A DNA stretch of 64,000 bases from the NCBI RefSeq assembly GCF_040938485.1, contig NW_027271445.1, positions 3,844,001 through 3,908,000 on the forward strand. Direction: 5' to 3'. The DNA is from Diadema antillarum. Its lineage: Eukaryota. This document shows, piece by piece, positions 35,101 to 44,100 of the stretch. Made by a program: the position numbers and the translations under genes. The notes beneath the pieces were generated by a model. That model did not search any database. It saw nothing but the letters and a program-made list of their open reading frames with translations, and was not told the DNA's origin. How positions within the stretch are numbered: position 1 is the stretch's first letter; each line of letters starts with the position of its first letter.

Positions 35101-38100
35101 AACCGGAGGAAGTCTTCTTGTCGAGGACATGTAGGAACGGGATGGAGTAGTCTTCTTCGACCTCCATGGTGAACTTGATGAGAGGATGCTGTTGGTCGAG
35201 GTTGTTGAGGAACAGATCAGGTTCTGATTGGCTGTGGGGCCAGATGACGAAGGTGTCGTCGATGTAGCGGAGTCATAGGGAAGGACGAGAGGGAGAAGAC
35301 CGGAGAGCTTTGGTTTCGAAATGTTCCATGAAGATGCCGTTCCTTTCAGTTGCTTGTAGTAGTCAGTGCGCCATTTGAAGAAGTTGGAGTTGAGGCAGGT
35401 GAGTATGGGGTCGTGGATTTGATCATGGGTGAGTTTGGTTCGTGTTTGGAGGTTTGGGTCGGAGATGAGTCGTTGTTTGATGATCTCGATTTCTTCGTTG
35501 ACGACGACGCTGGTAAAGAGGGAGACGACATCGAAACTGACTAGTAGGTCGGAGGTTAAAGCAAGATGGCGAGATGTCTTGCTGTGTTGTAGCATGGGGA
35601 TTATCGGGTGGCGATTATGGGTCGAAGTGGAATGAGAGACATGTGTATCTTGGATTGGCCGAAGAGGATGGGGCAAGTTGCGGAGGCAGAGCGGAGTTGG
35701 AAGTAATGTGGTTTGGGTAGAGCGTCGGATCGATGGAGAGAGAGAGTTATAGTTTCTGGTTGATTCAACTTTCTGTTGTAGGGTCTCTCTTAAATTTTCG
35801 AGTAGGTCTTGGCGTTATCAAGTAGGTCTTGAATCTTGCAGTCGTAGTCTTGCTTGTCCATGACGACAGTAGCGTTGCCTTTGTCAGCTTGTAGGATGTG
35901 GATGGTCTTGTTTTGGCGGAGGTCTTTGATGGTTGTGTGTTCTTTATTGGTGCTGTTGGGCTTCGGTGGTTTGGCGTCAAAAAGGGCTTGGGATACTTTG
36001 ATTCGGATGTTGTCGGCGGTTGCCTACGTGAGGAATCGAAGTTTTGGTTCTACTTGTTGGATGATCTCCGAGAAAGGGACTTTCTTTGGAGCTACGGCGA
36101 AGTTCAAGCCCAGGGATAAGACGTTGTGTTCGGTTTCGATGAGCCGATGTTGGCTGAGGTTGATGGCCATGTCCTTGGTTAGTGGGAAGGAAGGTCAGTT
36201 GTTGGTAGGGTGGCTTCTTTGGGTATAATGTTTGTCGAATTTCCTGATCTGCTTGAGTTGGGTGGAATGATAAAGCTTGCATGCGTTGTCTGAGCTGAAT
36301 ATCTTTACTTTTCGTAAGTCGTCTAGTTTGAATTGTTGGGCGAGCTGGGATTGAGACAACGATACGGTTGAGTCGATGGTGTGTAGCTGGTTTCTGGTGT
36401 GTGCGATGCGACGGGTGAGGGCTGCTCCGGCGTGGTGTAGGATGCGCTGGGCTTTGGGGTGTCATTGGACGACTTGAGTTGAATGGGGATGATGTGAGAT
36501 GATGTGAGAGTCTCGGCAGCGTTTGGGGAAGGCGAGATGGTTGGTGAGTTTAGCGGCTTTGGCTCGGTTGCGTTGGAGAAGTCTAGCGGTGCGTTAAGTA
36601 GGCTCCGATCCCCTTAGAGCTGAAATTAGATGATCTTTGAAGGATGGGTTTGAGTGATGGTGTAGATAATGGATAGTGGGTGTGCGGTTAGCCATGTGGT
36701 AATCCTGAAATGAACCGTAGGAAGAAGAGGTAGGAGATTATGAGGACTCCTGAGGACGAACAGTCAAGCTGTCTTTGTACAGTCCTTTTCAGGACTACCA
36801 CATGGTTATCCGCAAATTCAGTATCCGTTAATGACGAAGACGTAGCAGACATAAAACGTTTTGTAACGTCAATTGATGTTTTGAAAACGTTTTCCAAAAA
36901 CCTGTGCCTTGTAACTCCCAACTTTGACGTTATAATGTACGTTTTAAAAACGTCCATTTGATATGGAGACGTATGGAAGGTCACTGAAAAAAAAAAACCA
37001 TTTAGGAAACGTGCTTAAAACGTTATGTGTTTGCTAGGTATAGGATCGTGATTCTGCCTCAGAATTTTTTTAGGTAAACGCACCCTTCGTGACTGCCTCA
37101 CTTTTTCCCCCAGCAATGGGGAAACCCCCGATATATTGATAAGAGTCTGTGGGCATTAATCTGGAGTCTAGTGGAGAGATGTAATTTTTACAGCGTAACA
37201 ATTTGTATTCCTCGCTCTTCAAAATCTCAAGATTTCATAGATTATCTAGGGTGATGAATCACAGTTTCCTCTTCCTCGCCTTTCAGAAAGACCAGCCTGA
37301 GAGCCAAGGACCAGATACTACTGACGGCATCGGTCTCAATCCATCTGAAATGGGTAGGTGTGTCATGGTAGCTTATAGGTTATCATGGTATAGTGGGTAG
37401 GTGTGTCATGGAAGTAAGTAGGTGTGTCATAGTAGTGGGTAGGTGTGCCTCGGTGATGAGTACCGGTAGTTGTGTGTCGGTAGCGGGTAGATCTTTGTCA
37501 GTAGTGGGTAGTTGTGCCTCACTAGTGAGGAGGTGTGTCACGGTAGTGGATAAGTGTGTCTGTTTATTGTGCGTATGTGTCTTGTTTGAGGATCTGGTGT
37601 CTCGTTGTTGGGTAGATGTGTCTTGGTAGTAGGTAGGTGTGTCTAGCTAAGAATATGGCTAGAATCAACGGGTCTCTTGGGACAGTGGGATCAGTATCAG
37701 ACTCATTGTACCTTGTGGGGATGTCGACCGTGGTAGTAAAACGATCATCACAAGCAAAATGAGAATTTGTTGTTTTTGGGAGGGAGTATGTATAAATATA
37801 GGACAACTAATTTGAAGTGCCTTTCACACGATGTTCCCATAGAGTCTCTTGTGGGTCCCTCCCCTTCATCGGGCGCCGCGTCACCTTCCATCGAGCCATC
37901 CATGCCACAGCAGATCGCCAGCCTGGTGGAGAGAATGCTGAAGGAACAGGTGCGGCTGAAGCAATGCGGGGCAGTGGGCGGGGCAGTGGGCGGTGCCAAT
38001 CCTGACTCTTCATCAGCTGGAGAGGTCTCTTTGAGTATATGGGACTTCGCTGGGCACGATGTCTATTACACAACCCACCAGGTTGGTTTATTGATATCGA

Positions 38101-41100
38101 TAAAATCTTTAGCAGAACTGCATGTATATGGAATTCTTGCTGATTATTGTGTCATTAGCCTTGTAACTTGTTGTGTACTATTATTTTTTTTTATTTTCTT
38201 ACCACAATGGATGATCACGAGGATTGGATAAATGTGTAAAATTGAAGAAAATGAGTCCTATGGAGGGATGTCGAATGAGTAAATGAAGTAAAGATGTGAA
38301 CACACTACCATATCTCGTAAAACAAACAGCCAAAGAAATCATTTAGATCGTTAAATTTCTAAAAGTCCGGATTCGGAAAAGGCTCCCTGCTCTTACGACT
38401 TAACAAGATTAAAAACCCGTAATGCTCCAAGTCATCCTAATAGATCAGGGCACAGCAAGAAATTATCTTAACGTTTTTTGTCAGGTTACGATTTCCATTG
38501 GACTGTTTATTTGTTTCTTCTTGGCTCCGGCAAGTGAACGATGTCTTAATTTCCTTTGATTTCCACATTGTAGTGTTTTTCTGACACACAAAACTTACAA
38601 TATCCTTTTCTGAAGATGATACCAGTGACTATAAACGGGATTTGCCTTCGATGTGGAAAGTAGAAAGTGGCACGAGTATCTTGCAACCATTAAAGCGCAG
38701 TAAGGACTTAGAAAGTGGATACTTCTTTTTGAAACTGTTGTCCTTTACAATAGCAGAATATGTAGACTATTGTTGATTTGTTTCTCTTTGTGTTTCTATC
38801 AGGTATTTTTGTCATGGCGTGCAGTCTACGTCGTGGTCTTTGATCTGAGTCACGACCTTCACTCGGTAGTCCCACCTGAGGCTAGAGACGAAATCTACGA
38901 AATGGTGGGCGATCACAATTTGAAATCTCCTGTCTCGTAAGAAATGTTTTGATTGAAATAATGAAGAAACGATATAAGGCATTGATTGACATATTGTATG
39001 AACACGAAATACGATTCTATTGATCTTTGTTTCTCAGGCCAAACAGAATTCGAAGTCTGAGCTGACATGTCTTCAATTCATCACGTTCTGGCTGAACTCC
39101 ATCTTCGCTCACGCTGTAGCACCCTCTTCGGTTACCAAAAACAGTACTTGCAAGACGCACCAGAAATCACCCCCTATATTCATCGTGGGGACACACAAAC
39201 AAAGTCTAAGCGGAGATGCCAAGGCAAGAGAGAAAAAGGTTAGAAAAAAGTTTCTATTTATATCTTGTCGTCGCCCTAAAGCGAATGTTTCATAAAAGAC
39301 CACAGATTTTTATCTCGCATTTTCTTTTTAGTAAAAACTACACATTCCTTAAACTTGTTTAAGGATGATTTCATTTCTTCTGCATTCTAAAGAAGTCATG
39401 ACGAGGGTGTTTGTTGTGTTGAAGGGTTAACCATGTTCTTCGAGTGCACGTACAGGAGAGTGAATATCAATTAGTTCCGCTCTTCTAGCGGAGCGCCCCT
39501 CCGCAGCGTCTCCGATCGTTGCCGATGGGTCGTCATCGTTCTCTGCAAGGTTGTTTGGATTTCTCGGAGACGTTACGGACAAAGTTTAGTCTCCGCGACG
39601 TGGCCATAACTGAGGACACGTCACAGAGACGTCGCAGAGACCAGCGACTGTTGGAAAGTAGAAAATGTGTCCGAAAAAAAAATAGATGTGTTCGATTCTC
39701 CCGAGACTCCCCGCAGACCAAGCTAGTCTCCAGGAAGACGTCTCCTCAACGAACGGAGACCTGACTCACCACCAGGTTGCCGCCTCGTCTCCATGCCAAT
39801 AAGTTACCCATTTGACTTTCTGCATCGTCCCATATTATGAGATTAAAATGTTATTTTGCTTCTATGTTCAAAGTGACTATGATATAAAAAGTGAACTCTA
39901 ATAAACACATTTGCAAAGTTTCTTGATTTCTTGTATATTATGTGTTGCCAGGTGGAAGCCGCCTTCAAGGATATCCGGAAGACGATACAGAAGAAGCCGT
40001 ACGAGAATCACGTGGTACCTCGCTACTACGCTGTAGACAATAGTCTCGGGGAGGATGATAAGGAGGTGGGAATAAACTCTAACCCTGACCCTAACCCTAG
40101 CACTGATAATCTATCATTAACCAACGAACGCGTTATAAAGACAGGGGGACACAGACGAGTGAATAATGCTATTAATTTGAATTCTGTCTAAAATTAGAAA
40201 GGGGCTATTGAGAGGCATTTTGGTACACATTTTTGTGTGTACTTTTGTGCTTTTAAACAGTAATGCCCTATTTTTCTGCAAGAAAAGCTGACAAGTCTAA
40301 GGCACCATTGCACATCACACATCACATATATGATATTATAAGATGGACTTTAGAATCTCTGCAATCTGATTGGTCAGATATCATGCATTGATTTTGTACT
40401 GATGCACTCTGAGCCATGCGTCCGGTAGAATCCGACCGCATGGCCGTGCGCGACCGGTAATATCCGAAAGCAGGGCTTAAGCCTTGTACAGTGTTGTAGG
40501 TGTACCGGACGCATGATGGGGGAAAAAGATTGAATTTCATGAATTTTATGGACCCATTTTATAACACAAATGACACACAGGTCTATTTCGTAGATCGGTG
40601 AGAATTGGATGCTCTCGTCTAACTTTAGAAACATTCTAATGCCCAATCTCTGCGCTCGTGGGTTTAAACAGTTCCAAAATTAAACTCTCGCATCCAGTTA
40701 TCAACGATCGACTCTGTCCTGTGCATCATTTACAACAAACACTATTAAGTCCTGAAATTGTGTTTAACAACATTTACGATTGATGGCGGCTGCGAATTTA
40801 TTGTGTTGTAGATGTACCAAGTCTTCGATCCCACAAGCCACCGGTTCTAACACAGAATGTTATCATAACATGTGAATCTTTTGTGAATTCCCAGATCGTT
40901 GCTCTGCGGGAACACATAGAGCGAGTGGCAAAGGAAGAGCCGTACATGGGTGAGAACATGCCGATTAAATATCTTCTCTTCGAAGAGGCTCTCGCGGTCA
41001 ACAAAATCAACTTCTTGTCCCTCGATCAGGTATGCTAGGGTTATGCTGCTGCTCTTCACTATCCAGTTTTCTTAAGCTCAAGAGTAGCTCTTGACTCTCA

Positions 41101-44100
41101 ACACAATCCGGTAATATTGAGTAGCCCCGGACAATCTTACCACACGTGTTTTCCTAAATTCATCGCTATCCCAAACCTCTTACTTCCATAATCCTGTACT
41201 ATCCGGAATCCCGTTGAAACCGCATCCCCGGTATACTCTCTGTAGACCCGGGAATGTCATTCCGTGTTCCCACCGTTGTGTACTTGTCCTGCGAGTTATT
41301 GAGGTGTGAGAAGTAAATTGAAGACATTTTTTTGAAATTAATATGATGTATCGGAGAAATTGATAGTTTTGCTGATATCTTGTTAACCCTTTCTGTGCCA
41401 AGGTGTTCGGACGGTTTGCACACCGCTGTGAGTTTTTTCTCTGCTACCCCGGGCACTCAGACCACACAAAGAGTTTGGGGAAAGCGATGTACCATTTTGT
41501 TTCTTCCAACAAATTACTTAGTCTTGTCAGTATTGTGCTGATAATTCTTCTTCTTTTCCCGACAGGTTAAAGATATGATGCGGAAAGTTGGTACATACAG
41601 TGACCAAGAGCTAGTCACCATGCTCCATTTCTACCACGACCTCGGCTTTATTGTCTACTTCGGTGAGGTGGAGACGGAGGACGAGGAGGAGGAGGAGAGT
41701 CACCTACGAGACATCGTCATCCTCAACCCACAGTGGCTCATCGACGTCTTCAAACAGGTCATCACTGTACTGGAACCAGCCAAGAGAGTAAGAGTTATGG
41801 GTTCCATTTTTTCCATTAAGTGCTTCCATTTAAAGGTCAAAGTGCAAAGCGATTGCAGCGTAATGGCGTGTGTCCACCCGATGAGAATAAATGATAATAC
41901 GTTCAAGATAGAATGGGTCTACTTCCAATGAAGCCGATCCAAAAACTCAACTTGTCAGGATGATCTTTGCATACACTTTGCTAACTACTGTAATTCATTC
42001 AATTTATCTTTTAAGTTACTTCTCTTTGTTGTTATTTGTTCTTTCTATTTTGATATTAAAGTGACAGATGTTCATGGCAATTGTACTCGAACTGTGCATG
42101 TTAGCCAGTGTTAGCAAGTGATGGGGTTCAGTCAGATGAATTGTGCTTTGATGCAGATTTCATAGGCATCACATCGTAATCTTAGATATTCAAATGAAAT
42201 GTATCCCTTGGTGTTGTCGGGATATTTAGGATGGCATTGTGAGCGATGCTTGGACCAAGCTCGAGCAAGACGGAGTGCTTGAAGAGCGTCTTATCCATCA
42301 CATGTGGGAGGGATTCCTGGAGCAGAAGGGCGCCCTCGTACAGCTCATGGCAAAGTTTGACCTCATCTGCGAAGCCCCGCCCCTAAAACCCGAGAGTACA
42401 ATGAGCGATGGAGAGGAAACAATGGTAAGTCATCAAGTAACAGAAATACGGCGTGCTTGTGGCAAGACTGGGGGGAGGGGGGCGTTGTAATCAAGTTGCG
42501 ATCAATATTGCAAAACCACAAAATCAAAGGTGTAAGTCTAGAGATTAATTGCAAATTGCTGATTCATTGTTTTGCAAGAAAAGGTTACGCTCGATCAAAT
42601 GCAAGTCTTGTTATCACTTGCAAATAAAGGGCAAACTTTATAAGATAAATTTAGGGTAGTGTGCAAATGTGTATATCATTTACTTTTATTTGTCTCTCAT
42701 CTTTATTTCAACGCCATATTGCCATGACGTCATAGTGAATAGACCACGGGAGTACTTTTTGGAAAATTGCGTGTTGCGTAACTTTCCTCTGGTCTCACTT
42801 ATATCGCAGACTTAGATTTACCAGGGGAGAACCGCGCCTTTATCGCAGCAAAGTGGTTTATCTTGTGCCTGTTTAAATTGTCTTTAGAAATGAGGGAATA
42901 TGTTTTTTTATTGGTTGGACAATGAGAGTTCTTTTCATCATATTTTCATCAGCGCCCTCTACGTTCACTACTGTTGTACTCACAGGAAGATCGTCCTGTC
43001 ATGAAGCAGTACTACGTCCCATCCAGACTAACACCGTCTTGCTCGCGAGAGGACATCGGGCAAATTGACAAGAAGTCGTCGTTGGAATTTTACGTGGATT
43101 TTCGTGGTTTCTTACCGGGTATGTTCCCAAATTCCCCAGGCTGAAATAACAACCGAAATAAAGATTTTAAAGAGGCCCTTTTGTTCTTTTAACTGAATTT
43201 CTCAGTTTGAGACATTCTAGTATGTGTGAAAGGGAGCTTCAAAACAAGCTCCGTGGTTATTCTTTAACATTAAAAATAGTTTAAACTCATTGAAACAGAA
43301 CAGTGGAAGGGTTCATGGAAATTGGATATAGAATTAAATATAAAGGAATTTTCAATATTTCTCTCAAAGCACTATCCTGTTACCTACTTGCATTTTCAAA
43401 TTTTAGGTCATGACGTCATAACCTCTCATATCTGTTATGTTATTACCATGTCATTTTATTGGTGATTTGAACAATTTGTAAACAAGCAATTTTGTAACTC
43501 TGTCGTCTTTTTGTGTGTCATGAAGATGGCTTGTTTCATCGTCTAATGACGCGCACTGTGCGATGGATTGACGATGAGGGCGGGGAGCCAGTTCTTTTGT
43601 TTTACCGCCAAATCAGTCTGATGCCAGACGACGTTCATCAGGTTTTACTTGAAATGCTGCCACCTCATGAAGCTGCCATCAAGGTAAATATTGTCAGAGA
43701 CTGGATGAGAGTATTAAGAATATCGCTTGCCTTAGACTAATAGTCATTCTATTTTACTGAATGAAAAATGTGTAGTAAAATAGCTGCAATCTGGAAGAGT
43801 TAAAGGGGAAATCAAGTCCGAATATAAGTTAATCTAATAAGAAACGGTAAAATATTACGAATTCAACGGTATAATTTTGATTGAAATCATATGGAAAATT
43901 AGAAAGGCAGTGGCGGATCGGGGGGGGGGGGGGCGCAACCGGGGTATGCCGGTTTGTAAAAAGAAAAGAAAAGAAAAGAAAAGAAATGAAACCTGAAGTG
44001 GGACCAGAAATATTAGTTGCACCCTCCCCCCTTTACAAAATTCCTGGATCCGCCCTTGGAAGTCATAACATTTTGAAGTTTTTCCAATTTTTCGGGAAAC

